A stretch of DNA of 64,000 nucleotides from Nitrosopumilus sp. Lineage in GTDB: Archaea; Thermoproteota; Nitrososphaeria; Nitrososphaerales; Nitrosopumilaceae. The stretch lies in NCBI GenBank assembly GCA_963667665.2, contig OY763927.2, positions 384,001 to 448,000 on the forward strand, written 5' to 3'. The translations under genes and the position numbers were made by a program. The number at the start of each line of letters is the position of its first letter. Within the stretch, counting starts at the first letter, position 1. Shown here one piece after another: positions 33,030-43,784 of this stretch. The notes beneath the pieces were generated by a model that saw nothing but the letters and a program-made list of their open reading frames with translations, had not been told where the DNA came from and did no database searches.

Positions 33030-33455
33030 ATGAGTGGTAATAATTACCAGTATGATCCAACTGAAATGTTCAAAGACTGGATCCAAAAAAGTGGACGTGC
33101 TCAAACAGAATTTATGAAAAATTTTGGCTCTTTGATGACAAATCAAAATAGTCAAACATTCAATCCCTTGGATACTCTAAGAGAAGTTTCTGATAGTACT
33201 AGACAAACTCAATCCAATCTGATGGAAAACATGTCATCAATGCAAAGTAAAAGTATGGATACAATGTTCAACATCGCACAAATGCTTCCATCATTTATGA
33301 ATTGGGGTGCTTACAAAACTACTATCAGTAGTAATGGAAGAATCTCAATCCCTGAAGCTGAACGTAATGCACTTGGCTTAGGAGATGGTGACTTGGTTCA
33401 AGTCATTATCTTGCCAATAGCAAAAAAATCAAAAAATAAGGAGGTGAAACAATGA
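33030..33455 (+). CDS. AbrB/MazE-domain protein, PhaR-like
   Basis: C-terminal ISSNGRISIPEAERNALGLGDGDLV; overlaps the phasin-like gene next to phaEC. Confidence 0.75.
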   Translation: MSGNNYQYDPTEMFKDWIQKSGRAQTEFMKNFGSLMTNQNSQTFNPLDTLREVSDSTRQTQSNLMENMSSMQSKSMDTMFNIAQMLPSFMNWGAYKTTISSNGRISIPEAERNALGLGDGDLVQVIILPIAKKSKNKEVKQ

Positions 33456-33886
33456 GTAACAAAACAACAACAACAACAACAAGAAATTCAAAAGATATAT
33501 TTTCTGTATATCAGCAAAATGTAGACAAACTATTCAATGGTATTAAACAATCAGTACCACAATATCATCAGTCAATTACTAATGTACAACAGGAATACCT
33601 ACAAGCATATGAAAACATAGTTGATTCAACTATCACACTACAAAAAGAATATGCAAAGAAAGCAGGTATCGCAACTAACATTCCTGAAGCAACATTAAAA
33701 GTAATTCATGATACAACTGAAGAATTTGTCAAGGCAGCTTCTATACAAAATCAAGTAGCACTTGCAACTATCGATGCAACACAACAAAACATCAAAACTT
33801 TCAACGATAATGCAAAATCATTCGCTGACCTAAACAGAAATATTCTACAATCTTGGATTTCTGCATTCACCACAAAGAATAACTAG
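33452..33886 (+). CDS. Phasin-like granule-associated protein
   Basis: Amphipathic helical, Q/N/T/A-rich; adjacent to phaC. Confidence 0.65.
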   Translation: MSNKTTTTTTRNSKDIFSVYQQNVDKLFNGIKQSVPQYHQSITNVQQEYLQAYENIVDSTITLQKEYAKKAGIATNIPEATLKVIHDTTEEFVKAASIQNQVALATIDATQQNIKTFNDNAKSFADLNRNILQSWISAFTTKNN

Positions 33887-33928
33887 TGGTAAATTTTTTT
33901 CTTTTTTTATTTTTTTTATAAAATTAAT

Positions 33929-34993
33929 TTATGATCTTTTAGCTAACCATTGTCCTAGTTCTGGAAGCACTTTTTTCTGAGAAAGTGAACTTGCAATCAT
34001 TCCAACATGCCCTGTTGGGTACATTCTCAATGTTTTATCTTCACTGCCTACTGCATAATGTAGTGGCATACTACATTCCGGTGATACCAAATGATCTCCT
34101 ACTGCGACCTGTGTAAAAAGTGGCATGTCTATTTTTTTCAAATCTATGTGATTTCCTCCTACGAACATCTTGTTTTGAATGAGTAAATTATCTTGATAGA
34201 TGTCTTTAATCCACTGTTTGAATAATGCACCAGGAATGGGAGGTGTGTCACTTAGCCATTTTTCCACTCTGAGGAAACTATCAACATATTTTTTATTATC
34301 TATATTTTTGAAAAATTTGACATATTTTTCAATTCCTTGCTCAAATGGTTTGAGAACTGAAAAACAATAATACATGAATTCGGGAGGCATATTTCCAATT
34401 GTTTCTACCATTTTATCTACATCCATGTGTTTTGCAAGATTGCTAATTACTGTAGTATCACGCCATCCATCAATGACTGGAGCAGTTGCAACATAGTTTT
34501 TTACACTTTCTGGATGCAATGAAATGTATGCAGTTGCTATTGTTCCACCAGTGCAATATCCTTGCAATGAAATTTTCTCAACAGATGATTCATTTTTGAT
34601 ATATTCTACATAAGAATCCAAATATCCATTTACATAATCATCAAAATCTAGATACTTGTCCATACTAGTTGGAGTTCCCCAGTCTAACATGTATACATCA
34701 AATCCTTGTTGTAAAAGATTTCTAACCCAACTTTTTTCTGGATGAATATCAAGTATGTGATATCTGTTGATTAATGCATATGAAATCAATAATGGTGTTT
34801 TATGTTGTTTTTCTGTTAGAGATCTATAATGTAATAGTCTTGTTTTATCCATTTCCTGCACAACGTCATGTGGTGTTACCTCTAAACTAATTTCATCAGG
34901 TGCTGGAACTAAATTTGGTGCATCAATAACATTTTTACTGAATTTTAAAATCTCTTCAATTATTTTTGGGTCTATTTTTGATTCAGGCTGCAT
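33929..34993 (-). CDS. phaC: Class III PHA synthase catalytic subunit
   Basis: TPLLISYALINRYHILD, YMLDWG, GYCTGGT, DHLV, GHVG. Confidence 0.95.
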   Translation of the reverse strand: MQPESKIDPKIIEEILKFSKNVIDAPNLVPAPDEISLEVTPHDVVQEMDKTRLLHYRSLTEKQHKTPLLISYALINRYHILDIHPEKSWVRNLLQQGFDVYMLDWGTPTSMDKYLDFDDYVNGYLDSYVEYIKNESSVEKISLQGYCTGGTIATAYISLHPESVKNYVATAPVIDGWRDTTVISNLAKHMDVDKMVETIGNMPPEFMYYCFSVLKPFEQGIEKYVKFFKNIDNKKYVDSFLRVEKWLSDTPPIPGALFKQWIKDIYQDNLLIQNKMFVGGNHIDLKKIDMPLFTQVAVGDHLVSPECSMPLHYAVGSEDKTLRMYPTGHVGMIASSLSQKKVLPELGQWLAKRS

Positions 34994-35561
34994 TATTTTT
35001 TGGTTCCTTTTTCTTTAATTCTAACTCTAACTTTCCAACTCTCTTTTTAAGAGAATGAATTTCTTTGTATACTTCATCCATCTCTTCTTTACTTGAAAGA
35101 TTAGCTGATTGTAAAATTACATTAGTGATATTATTCCAATGTTTTGTTAATTCAAGCTCTTTTGAAACTAGTTTTCCATAATTTTCACCAAATTTTTTAG
35201 AATCAAATAATTCTGTAAAATCATTATCAAAAATATCTATCCAAATTCTTTTGAATGCCTCTATTTGCTCTACATCTTGAGGAACATCCGGGGCTTTTAG
35301 ATTGACTTTTTTTTGTGCAACAGTCCAAGTGTCTGAAAGTTGTTTGTAATATTCTGTGAGGTATTGACTAAATCCCACTAATACCTCATTAATGTCAATT
35401 AATTCAGTAGTGATTTTTTTTGAATTTGCAGCAAATGCTCTCATTGGACCAATTGATGTTAGTGCTTGTGGTTTACTTGACATCAAATGAATGATATCTG
35501 TCCAAAAAAGCGACAAATGCTTGTAATAATCGGTCATAGTTTTGGGTGATTCTGGTTGCAC
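34983..35561 (-). CDS. phaE: PHA synthase subunit PhaE
   Basis: Overlaps phaC start; WIDIFD..F.ELF.S..F and EMDEVYKEIHSLKKRV. Confidence 0.88.
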   Translation of the reverse strand: MQPESPKTMTDYYKHLSLFWTDIIHLMSSKPQALTSIGPMRAFAANSKKITTELIDINEVLVGFSQYLTEYYKQLSDTWTVAQKKVNLKAPDVPQDVEQIEAFKRIWIDIFDNDFTELFDSKKFGENYGKLVSKELELTKHWNNITNVILQSANLSSKEEMDEVYKEIHSLKKRVGKLELELKKKEPKNNAA

Positions 35562-35614
35562 AGATTTCTATTGATACAGATCGCAATAAATAGATCGATT
35601 GTTTAATTAGACAA

Positions 35615-36007
35615 ATGGTAGATGTAGAAAAACTTGAAAAAATCTGCCAAAAAATCATTAAATTAGATCCTAAGATGCGTTCAGCTAGGATCATCAACAG
35701 TAGAGGTCATATGATATCTGGTGGAATGAAGAAGGGCTTACTCTCACTTGAAGCCCAAAAACAAGATGAAATGATGTTCATGGAACTTTCTTTACGTGTG
35801 AGAATGAGACATGAATTTGATAATGAATTTGGTATAGTTCACTTTTCCATGTCATATAGAGACAAAGTCATTGTAATGAGTTTCCCATTAACTAATGATG
35901 ATGTAATGTTGGTATCCTGTGAAAAAGAAACTGATTTTGGTAAACTCTCCTTTAAAATTCTTAAAATTATTGAACCTCTAAAAAAATCCCCAATGAAGAC
36001 ATTCTAA
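35615..36007 (+). CDS. Roadblock-like thaumarchaeal protein (DUF6659-type)
   Basis: MRSARIINSRG..ISGGMK...RMRHEFD.EFG.V.FSMSYRDKV. Confidence 0.75.
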   Translation: MVDVEKLEKICQKIIKLDPKMRSARIINSRGHMISGGMKKGLLSLEAQKQDEMMFMELSLRVRMRHEFDNEFGIVHFSMSYRDKVIVMSFPLTNDDVMLVSCEKETDFGKLSFKILKIIEPLKKSPMKTF

Positions 36008-36915
36008 TCATTAAGCATTTTTCTCAATCCTGCGCATCTGTTTCTTATAGTCACTTCCGTAACTCCAGATGCAATTGAGATATCTTTCTGTGATTTTGTT
36101 TCTCCTATACTAATACATGCAAGATAAAGTGCAGCAGCAGCTATTCCCATTGGATCTTTTCCTGCAACAATACCACATTTTTTTGCTTGATTTAAAATTT
36201 GAATTGCTTTTCGCTTGCATTTTTCACTTAGTTCTGCAATACTTGCAATTCTAGAAATTCCTTTTACTGGATCAACTACTGGCATTTTTAGATCAAGTTC
36301 TCTGAAAATTAATCTATAACCTCTAGCAACTTCTTTTCTTCTAATGTTGATTCCATTAGCAATATCATCTAATGTTCTTGGAGTTTCAGTATTTCTACAT
36401 GATGCATAAATGCATGCTGCAACTAATCCTTGAATTGAACGACCTCTAACTAATTTTCTCTCCATTGCTTTTCTGTAAATGTATGCGGCTTTCTCAATTA
36501 CTGCATTTGTTAATGCAAGTTTATCTTTTAATTTATCCATTTCATTAAGTGCTTGTCTAAGGTTTCTGTCTGCAGAAGAATTTGCTTGTGATCTACTGTC
36601 CCATGTTCTTAATCTTTCAATAGAACTTTTTACACCCGAAGATAGGGGTTTTCCTGTTGCATCTTTGTTAGCTTTACCAATTATTGTAGATAAGCCCATG
36701 TCGTGTATTGTTAATGAAGTTCCTGCCCCTGTTCTCGCCCTGTTACTTTCATCATTTGAAAATGAACGCCATTCTGCACCTGTGTCTGAAATTTTATCAG
36801 TAACTACAAATCCACATCTTCCACAACACAATTCCCCTGTGGTCTCATCTGAGACCATTTTACTGCCTCCACATGATGGACATTTTGGCCCAGATACTGT
36901 AGTATTTTTAAGCAT
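36004..36915 (-). CDS. tfb: Transcription initiation factor IIB
   Basis: Zn ribbon CPSCG...CGRCG, EWRSF, RNLRQA, GRSI, GKDP.G.AAA, GVTEVTIRNR. Confidence 0.97.
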   Translation of the reverse strand: MLKNTTVSGPKCPSCGGSKMVSDETTGELCCGRCGFVVTDKISDTGAEWRSFSNDESNRARTGAGTSLTIHDMGLSTIIGKANKDATGKPLSSGVKSSIERLRTWDSRSQANSSADRNLRQALNEMDKLKDKLALTNAVIEKAAYIYRKAMERKLVRGRSIQGLVAACIYASCRNTETPRTLDDIANGINIRRKEVARGYRLIFRELDLKMPVVDPVKGISRIASIAELSEKCKRKAIQILNQAKKCGIVAGKDPMGIAAAALYLACISIGETKSQKDISIASGVTEVTIRNRCAGLRKMLND

Positions 36916-37036
36916 AATTACAAAAAATGATGCGTAACCCTATTATCCGTTTTACCTAATTTCCTCAGGTTATTGGTATGTAGGTAAAGCTAACCCTGAT
37001 TCTAATTTTTTAGAATGTGATCTAATTTTTCTAAAT

Positions 37037-38473
37037 TTAACTTAGAAGGCAATATGCATACGATGGGGTATATGATGGGTACATGATGTTATTTTTCTCT
37101 GTTACATGTTTCAGACCTATAGAATGTCCTAATTCATGTGTCATGATTGCATCCACACTTTTTATATCATATAATTGAAAACTTCCATCACAATTGTAAT
37201 CTCCTAATGTTACTTCTACAACTCCCTTTCCAATGTGTGCATGCCCTAGAACTCCTTCTCCAAGATCTCTAACTACCCATGTTACCCAAACATTTGCTTC
37301 ATGTTTCAAATTAATAATCTCAAATTTCATTTTGGCTTTTTGATTATTAGTACTCAATTCTTGTTCTTCCCAAAATGCAAAAGAATTCTCTAGTGTACTG
37401 ACATGATCTAATGGAAGTCCAGTTGGTTGATCATTGATGAATACTTTGTAGTAGATAATGACTGTTCCATTAACTATTTCATATGTTGGATCAGGAAATT
37501 TTGCAGATGCTTTTTTGACTTCCTCTTCAAAATTCCATTTTACATAGTCTCTAAGGAATTTTTTTATTACATCTTGGCTAGGATTTGGAAATTCAATGTA
37601 TCTAGTCTCCATGGAAATATTTTTTGAAATGTCTCTGAGATATTTTTCAAAATAGTAAAACTCTTGATCTAATTGTTCTTGTGATTGAGTTATCTCTTGA
37701 ACATTGACAACAATTAATCCATTTTCTATTAAATATTGTATGCCTGAAACAAATGCAGTGTCATCAATTTGTTCGTCTGCCCACCATCCTGCATTATTTT
37801 TTATCCATTCAGGAATTCTATCATCTGAAACACTCTGAGTTTCTACTGGTGGAATTTGTATTATTTTATTTTCTATTAAATATAGCAAAGCAGAAATAAA
37901 TTCTACATCATCAATATTTCCTTCTGACCACCATTTTGCTATGGGTTTTACCCATTCAGGTATGGTAGTAGGATATTCTTTTTCTAATCCTTTCGGCTTT
38001 TCAGTTGATGTATACGGATATTTCAAAATTACTTTTTCGACGAATTCTTTATAGTTTTTAATTACCGTACTGTCTGGTTTTTCTTCTAGTGCCTTATCAA
38101 AATATGATATTGATTCTTGATATTCACCTAAATTTCCAAATCCCACTCCCATACCTGTTAATGAAGTAACATCATTTGGTCTGTATTGTAGTACTTTGAA
38201 AAACTGCTTTAATGACTTGTCATGTTCTTCAAGATTACTATGCACTATTCCTTTCATTTTCAGAGTTGAAATATTGTTTGGTGCAATCTCTAAAATATCA
38301 TCATAGATTACAATGGCTTGTTTGTATTCCCCATTAACAAAGTGGTTATTGGCTTGATTAAACATTAGCTCTGCATCTTCGTTTGTTTGTGCAAATACTA
38401 TTCCTGTAAAAATGGATGAACTCAACAAAACTATGGTTAACAAATTAGGAATTGTCATTGTATCTTTTTTCAT
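37037..38473 (-). CDS. TPR-containing secreted matrixin-like metalloprotease
   Basis: TPRs, IPEW..WW domains, HELGHSIGLKH and IMYP Met-turn. Confidence 0.9.
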   Translation of the reverse strand: MKKDTMTIPNLLTIVLLSSSIFTGIVFAQTNEDAELMFNQANNHFVNGEYKQAIVIYDDILEIAPNNISTLKMKGIVHSNLEEHDKSLKQFFKVLQYRPNDVTSLTGMGVGFGNLGEYQESISYFDKALEEKPDSTVIKNYKEFVEKVILKYPYTSTEKPKGLEKEYPTTIPEWVKPIAKWWSEGNIDDVEFISALLYLIENKIIQIPPVETQSVSDDRIPEWIKNNAGWWADEQIDDTAFVSGIQYLIENGLIVVNVQEITQSQEQLDQEFYYFEKYLRDISKNISMETRYIEFPNPSQDVIKKFLRDYVKWNFEEEVKKASAKFPDPTYEIVNGTVIIYYKVFINDQPTGLPLDHVSTLENSFAFWEEQELSTNNQKAKMKFEIINLKHEANVWVTWVVRDLGEGVLGHAHIGKGVVEVTLGDYNCDGSFQLYDIKSVDAIMTHELGHSIGLKHVTEKNNIMYPSYTPSYAYCLLS

Positions 38474-38595
38474 GTTTATGATTTTAGATATAGTTTATTT
38501 CTATTTTATACTAAATTCAGGCTCACATTTACTAACTTTAACAATATCTGGCTATTGGACAATCTTTAATTTATTCATAATTACGTATTTTTGTA

Positions 38596-38919
38596 TTGAC
38601 CACAATTGGATCTGAAGAGTTAATCTATGACTTGCGTAAAAAAATTCAACAGATTCAAGTGGATTTGAATCAATTGGGTGATCCTGTATCTGAAATACCG
38701 GAATTGATTTCTTCAGCAAATCTACTACGTGCAAATGAATATCTATCACAGGCAAATGAAAAGAAAACTGAACTATTGACAATATATGCTCAGTATTCAA
38801 CTGCACTGGAAAAACTGCTTTCGTCTGTTTTTGAAATTCAAAACGATCTAAAAGATATACTAAAACATCAATCTTCTATGATTTCTAAAACAAAAAAAAA
38901 GATCAAGAATAAAAAATAA
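38596..38919 (+). CDS. Coiled-coil hypothetical protein
   Basis: 107-aa helical ORF filling the gap between genes. Confidence 0.7.
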   Translation: MTTIGSEELIYDLRKKIQQIQVDLNQLGDPVSEIPELISSANLLRANEYLSQANEKKTELLTIYAQYSTALEKLLSSVFEIQNDLKDILKHQSSMISKTKKKIKNKK

Positions 38920-38942
38920 ATCCAGAATTACCAAAAGATAAC

Positions 38943-39953
38943 CTATTTTGACAAATGAACAATATCCCCTGCAATTATTCTAATGATTTTATTATTTTCA
39001 AATACAAGTAATGCTCCATCCTCATCAATTTTAATTGCTTTTCCTTTAATTTTTCCATCACTGGTATCTAATTCTACATTCTTTCCAATTGTTGATGATC
39101 TTTTAGTCCATTCTGAAATAATTTTCTTTGTTTGTTTTGTATTTAATAAATCATAAATCTTTTCTAATTCCACAAAAAATGCCTGGACTAACTGAATTGG
39201 TTTGACTTTATTTTTTTGTTCAGAAAGTGATGCCACGCCATAAAAATTTGGTGACCCTTTGAGTGTTTTTTCAATCTGTTTTACATCTACATCAAAATTT
39301 ATTCCTACACCCAAAACTAGATTTTCAATTCTGTTTGATTCTAGTGATACATCAACTAACATTCCTGCTATTTTTTTGCCTGTTATGGTCAAGTCATTTG
39401 GCCATTTTAATTCAGGTGAAATTTTTAATGTTTTTTCTAATGCATTTGATAATGCTAGCGCTGATGCAATAGGAAATAGAGTTGTAATAGAAATATCAAA
39501 CTTTGGTTGTAAAATTATTGAAAGCCAAATCCCTCCTTTAGGAGAAATCCATTTTCTTCCGGATCTTCCTTTTCCTCCTGTTTGCTTTGTTGCAATTATT
39601 ACTGCTCCATTATTTGCAGGGTCATCAGCCATTTTTAATGCCTGATTTTGAGTAGAATCAATTGAATCAAAATAATATGCCTGTTGTCCTATTACCTTTG
39701 TTTTCAGTTCCGAAGTAATTTCCCATGGAAAAAGAATATCTGAGTTTGATGTTAATTTGTATCCTAGTTTCTGTTTTGACTCCACAGTGTATCCCAACTC
39801 TTGAATTTTTTTGATATGTTTCCACACTGCAACTCTACTTATCCTTAAGACATCACTCAAATCTTGACCAGACAGATATTCTGTATTGTGCGATTGTAAA
39901 AATGAAAGAACTTTGACAAATCCTGGGTTATCAAACGAATTATACATCAACAA
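38943..39953 (-). CDS. birA: Biotin-[acetyl-CoA carboxylase] ligase with HTH
   Basis: SRVAVWKHI HTH; QTGGKGRSGRKW; KWPND; KIAGML. Confidence 0.96.
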   Translation of the reverse strand: MLMYNSFDNPGFVKVLSFLQSHNTEYLSGQDLSDVLRISRVAVWKHIKKIQELGYTVESKQKLGYKLTSNSDILFPWEITSELKTKVIGQQAYYFDSIDSTQNQALKMADDPANNGAVIIATKQTGGKGRSGRKWISPKGGIWLSIILQPKFDISITTLFPIASALALSNALEKTLKISPELKWPNDLTITGKKIAGMLVDVSLESNRIENLVLGVGINFDVDVKQIEKTLKGSPNFYGVASLSEQKNKVKPIQLVQAFFVELEKIYDLLNTKQTKKIISEWTKRSSTIGKNVELDTSDGKIKGKAIKIDEDGALLVFENNKIIRIIAGDIVHLSK

Positions 39954-40022
39954 TGATCAATTTTTACTTCAAGTATAAAACACACACTAGAATCAAACAT
40001 CCACTTCTCTCTAATTGTTGAC

Positions 40023-40472
40023 TTAATCCCAACTTTTTGGCATACTTTCTGCTGGAACATAGTCTGACATTGCCATACCAATCATTTCAAATGTCTCCGA
40101 AAAGATCATCATATCCATTATTCCAAAGAATATCATCATAGGATAAAGTGATTTATTCTCATCCATGAATCGTTTCAGATTTTCTTTGTCTTCTGTTTTA
40201 TATAATATTGATATTTGATTCCACTTTGTTTTTAATTCATTCACTTGATTGTTTATTTCCTTGTAGCCTTTCTCGGTAATGCTAATTTCTATTTTTATTC
40301 CTAAGAATCCTTTTTTTTCTTCTACTTTAACAGACCCTCTTTTTTCTAACTGATCTAATATTGGCTCCAATTCTTTAGGATCAATATGCCTTATTTTTTG
40401 AATTTTTTCAAATTTTTTAATTCCTGCTTTAATTGCCCCTAAAACTATCATCTCTTTGGATTCGGTATTCAT
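40023..40472 (-). CDS. Winged-helix protein
   Basis: LDQLEKRGSV...ITEKG pattern. Confidence 0.7.
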   Translation of the reverse strand: MNTESKEMIVLGAIKAGIKKFEKIQKIRHIDPKELEPILDQLEKRGSVKVEEKKGFLGIKIEISITEKGYKEINNQVNELKTKWNQISILYKTEDKENLKRFMDENKSLYPMMIFFGIMDMMIFSETFEMIGMAMSDYVPAESMPKSWD

Positions 40473-40557
40473 ATTGACTTGATTTTACTATGACTAAAAA
40501 ATTCTTTGTTTAATTTTAATACTTTAAAATTATATTCTGCATGTTTGTTTACCTTTT

Positions 40558-40971
40558 ATGGAACAAGATGAACACTCTGATGAAGAAATTCGCAATATTC
40601 TTTCCTTAAAAAAAGTGGTTGTTATAGGAATGTCTAAACATTCCTCCAAAGCAGCTCATTATGTGCCTAAATATTTGTCTGATAATGGATATGATATTAC
40701 TCCTGTAAATCCAACAACTAACGAAATTTTAGATAAAAAATGCTATAATTCTGTTTCAGAAATAACTGAAGAAATAGACATTGTAGATATATTCAGACCT
40801 TCAGACCAAGTTCTACCCGTTATTCAAGAGGCTATAAAGAAAAAACCAAAAGTGATTTGGTTGCAAAAGGGAATTCATAATTCTAAAGCTGAAGAATTAG
40901 CAAGAAAAGAAGGAATCAAAGTTGTATACAACCGATGTATGTTAGCAGAACATCAGAGACTGTTGAGATGA
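40558..40971 (+). CDS. CoA-binding protein (YccU-like)
   Basis: VIGMS, PVNP, DIVDIFRPS, IWLQ.G, NRCM. Confidence 0.93.
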   Translation: MEQDEHSDEEIRNILSLKKVVVIGMSKHSSKAAHYVPKYLSDNGYDITPVNPTTNEILDKKCYNSVSEITEEIDIVDIFRPSDQVLPVIQEAIKKKPKVIWLQKGIHNSKAEELARKEGIKVVYNRCMLAEHQRLLR

Positions 40972-41327
40972 CAAACTTTGAAAATTTTTATAATGATTTA
41001 CTTGATTTAGCAAAAAAATATGAACTGCAAAACACTCCTCTAAAAATTGAAAACGATCTTGAAAATGATATTATCAAAATATTTGGTGAAAAAATTACAT
41101 CTATATCTAGAGCAAAAAATGGTCTTAATGATGTAGCCGAACTTGCATATGCTACAGCTGAGCATCATCCATATTGGAATTTACTGTACAATTGCTCAGA
41201 AATTGCAAGTAGTGTTTTAGAAAAATGGAAAGAATCCCTATCTAGAGATGATTTATCTGATATTGAATGGGCCATCAAAGAACTAAATCAATCCCTTGAA
41301 AAAATTAAAAATAAAAATCCTGCCTAA
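40968..41327 (+). CDS. Hypothetical protein
   Basis: ATGA overlap with the upstream gene; helical composition. Confidence 0.75.
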   Translation: MTNFENFYNDLLDLAKKYELQNTPLKIENDLENDIIKIFGEKITSISRAKNGLNDVAELAYATAEHHPYWNLLYNCSEIASSVLEKWKESLSRDDLSDIEWAIKELNQSLEKIKNKNPA

Positions 41328-41368
41328 TTCCTAGGCAGAGATAAATATTCTAAACTAGTAATTATGGT

Positions 41369-42580
41369 GTGACAATCAAACTTGGATTAATTGGAAAAAC
41401 AAATACTGGAAAGACAACCTTCTTTAATTCTGCTACATTGTCTTCTGAAGAAATTTCATCTTATCCTTTTACTACAACAAAACCTGTGACAGGTACAGCA
41501 CATGCAATAACACTTTGTGTTCATCCAGAATTTAAAATTCAGGATAATCCTAATAACTCCAAATGTGTTGAAGGATGGAGATACATTCCAATTGAATTGA
41601 TAGATTTGCCTGGGCTCATCAAGGATGCATGGAAAGGTAAAGGACTTGGAAATCAATTTTTGTCCATTGCTGCACAATCTGATGCACTACTTCATGTGGT
41701 TGATGCTTCTGGTGGAATTGATTCAACTGGGAAAATTAGCGAAGTTGGAACTGGTGATCCTATTTCTGATTTTGCAGATATAGAAGAAGAATTAATCATG
41801 TGGTATCATAAAATTTTAGAAGGAAATAGAGATAAGGTATCAAAATTAATCAGAACTGGTTCTAATATTATAGATGCAATCACTAATCTCTATCGTGGTG
41901 TTGGTGTAAACAAAACTCATGTTAAAGAAACACTTTTGGCAACTAAACTTGAAGAAAAAGATTTTGATGATTTTGATATGGTTGATAGCAAAAAATTTTC
42001 ATCATATCTAAGAAAACTCTCAAAACCCACCTTAATTGTAGCAAATAAAATTGATGTTGAAGGTGCGGACAAAAATTTTGCTCGACTAAGAGAGAGATAT
42101 AATGACTCTATTGTTATTCCTGTTAGTGGTGATAGTGAATTTAGTCTCAGACGTGCAGAACAAAAAGGATTGATAAAATATTCTCCTGGCTCTGAACAAT
42201 TTGAAATAATTAAATCAGATGAACTAAATGAAAAACAAACCAATGCGCTAAACTTTATTGAAAAAGGAATTATGGGTGAATATATGCGAACTGGAGTTCA
42301 ATTTGCAATTAATGTTGCAGTCTTTAAACTACTTAAGATGAATTCAATTTATCCTGTTGCAAATGAGACAAATCTTTCTGATAAAAAGGGAAGAATACTT
42401 CCTGATTTAATTCTGTTAAAAGATGGGGCTACAGTAAATGATCTCGCAAAAGAAATTCACTCTGATTTGACTAAAGGTCTTCTTTATGGAAAAGATTTGA
42501 GAAATAATTTGAGACTACCAATTGATTATCAACTAAGAGATAGGGATGTTGTGTCTCTAATTAGTGCCGCAAAAAAATAA
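41369..42580 (+). CDS. ychF: YchF-related (Obg family) GTPase/ATPase with TGS domain
   Basis: GKTNTGKTTFFN, YPFTT, DLPGL, GLGNQFL, NKID. Confidence 0.93.
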   Translation: MTIKLGLIGKTNTGKTTFFNSATLSSEEISSYPFTTTKPVTGTAHAITLCVHPEFKIQDNPNNSKCVEGWRYIPIELIDLPGLIKDAWKGKGLGNQFLSIAAQSDALLHVVDASGGIDSTGKISEVGTGDPISDFADIEEELIMWYHKILEGNRDKVSKLIRTGSNIIDAITNLYRGVGVNKTHVKETLLATKLEEKDFDDFDMVDSKKFSSYLRKLSKPTLIVANKIDVEGADKNFARLRERYNDSIVIPVSGDSEFSLRRAEQKGLIKYSPGSEQFEIIKSDELNEKQTNALNFIEKGIMGEYMRTGVQFAINVAVFKLLKMNSIYPVANETNLSDKKGRILPDLILLKDGATVNDLAKEIHSDLTKGLLYGKDLRNNLRLPIDYQLRDRDVVSLISAAKK

Positions 42581-42764
42581 TTAATTACTGTACTTCTTTC
42601 TTTAATTTTGCTAAAACATCGTTAGTCATTTTTAACAAACTATCCATTTGCTGGTCTATTGCAAAACTCATTGCCATACAATGTTATTTCCAGAAGTGGA
42701 TATAGCAGGTAGTATGTTATTTTGTGTAACAATCTATATTTTTGAGCCTATAATGAGTTTTTAA

Positions 42765-43685
42765 TCAAATATTTGAAAATGACTCTTCAGAGACATGAAT
42801 GGCTTCAAAATTATCTGGCTGGATGATTTTAGCAAGTATTTCCAATCCTTCTATAGTTCTAATACTTGGTTTGCTGAAAAATGAATTTGCATCAACTGCA
42901 AAAATTTTATTATTTTTTACAGCCTTTAAAGAATTCCATATTTTATTTTCTTTTAGAATGTTGTTGTATTCTAAAATTGTACGTTTTGTATCAAAGCCAC
43001 AAGGCATCATGATGATGATATCCGGATCAGATTTGATAACTTCTTGAAAGTCTAGACGTCTTGAATGTTCTCCAATTTTACTTATCATGTTAATTCCCCC
43101 TGCAATTTGTATCATTTCTGGAATCCAATGACCTGCAGTAAAAAATGGCTCAATCCATTCAATTGCAAGAACCTTAGGTTTTTTATCATTCTCTATTTTT
43201 TTTATATTATGAATTCTTTTTTCAAGTGAATTAATGATCTCTTTTGCTTTCATTTCATTTCCTAAAATTTTTCCCAACTCTGTAACTGAATTTATTATTT
43301 CATTCAAGTTATGTGGGTCCATTGAATATAGCATTGGCTTCTTTTGAAGAATCTGCAATGCTTTATTGACTTGATTTGTATATGCTGCACATACTTCACA
43401 TGTTTCTTGTGAAATAATTAGATCCGGATTAGATTCTATAAGATTTTTTTCATTTAAAATAAAAATATCTTTTTTATCATTTAATAACTGACAAGTCATT
43501 GTGTCAATTTCTTTACTGGTTAATTCATCTGAATTAATTACAGAATCTATAATTTTTGGTTTTGAAGTTGCATCTTGTGGGTATTTGCATTCATGTGTTA
43601 CACCATAAAGATTGTCTTGGACTCCAAACTCGTAAAGCAATTCTGTCGCACTAGGCAAAAAAGAGACTATTCTCTTAATTGACAT
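42765..43685 (-). CDS. Cobalamin/iron-siderophore periplasmic-binding family protein
   Basis: RIVSFLPSATE, GVTHEC.YP, EWIEPFFTAGHWIPEMI. Confidence 0.88.
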   Translation of the reverse strand: MSIKRIVSFLPSATELLYEFGVQDNLYGVTHECKYPQDATSKPKIIDSVINSDELTSKEIDTMTCQLLNDKKDIFILNEKNLIESNPDLIISQETCEVCAAYTNQVNKALQILQKKPMLYSMDPHNLNEIINSVTELGKILGNEMKAKEIINSLEKRIHNIKKIENDKKPKVLAIEWIEPFFTAGHWIPEMIQIAGGINMISKIGEHSRRLDFQEVIKSDPDIIIMMPCGFDTKRTILEYNNILKENKIWNSLKAVKNNKIFAVDANSFFSKPSIRTIEGLEILAKIIQPDNFEAIHVSEESFSNI

Positions 43686-43784
43686 GTTGTTTTGAACTGT
43701 GTTGATCCTTAAACATCATACGTTAACTAATCGTCAAAATCTTTGATTAGGCAAGTTAATAGGCATAATTTAGGCACAAAAAAC

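Noticed and set aside
33462-33482. (ACA)n microsatellite at the phasin start
   Set aside because: Short, in-frame poly-Thr; no switch implied.
36951-36988. 8-bp inverted repeat upstream of tfb
   Set aside because: Too short in AT-rich DNA to distinguish from chance.
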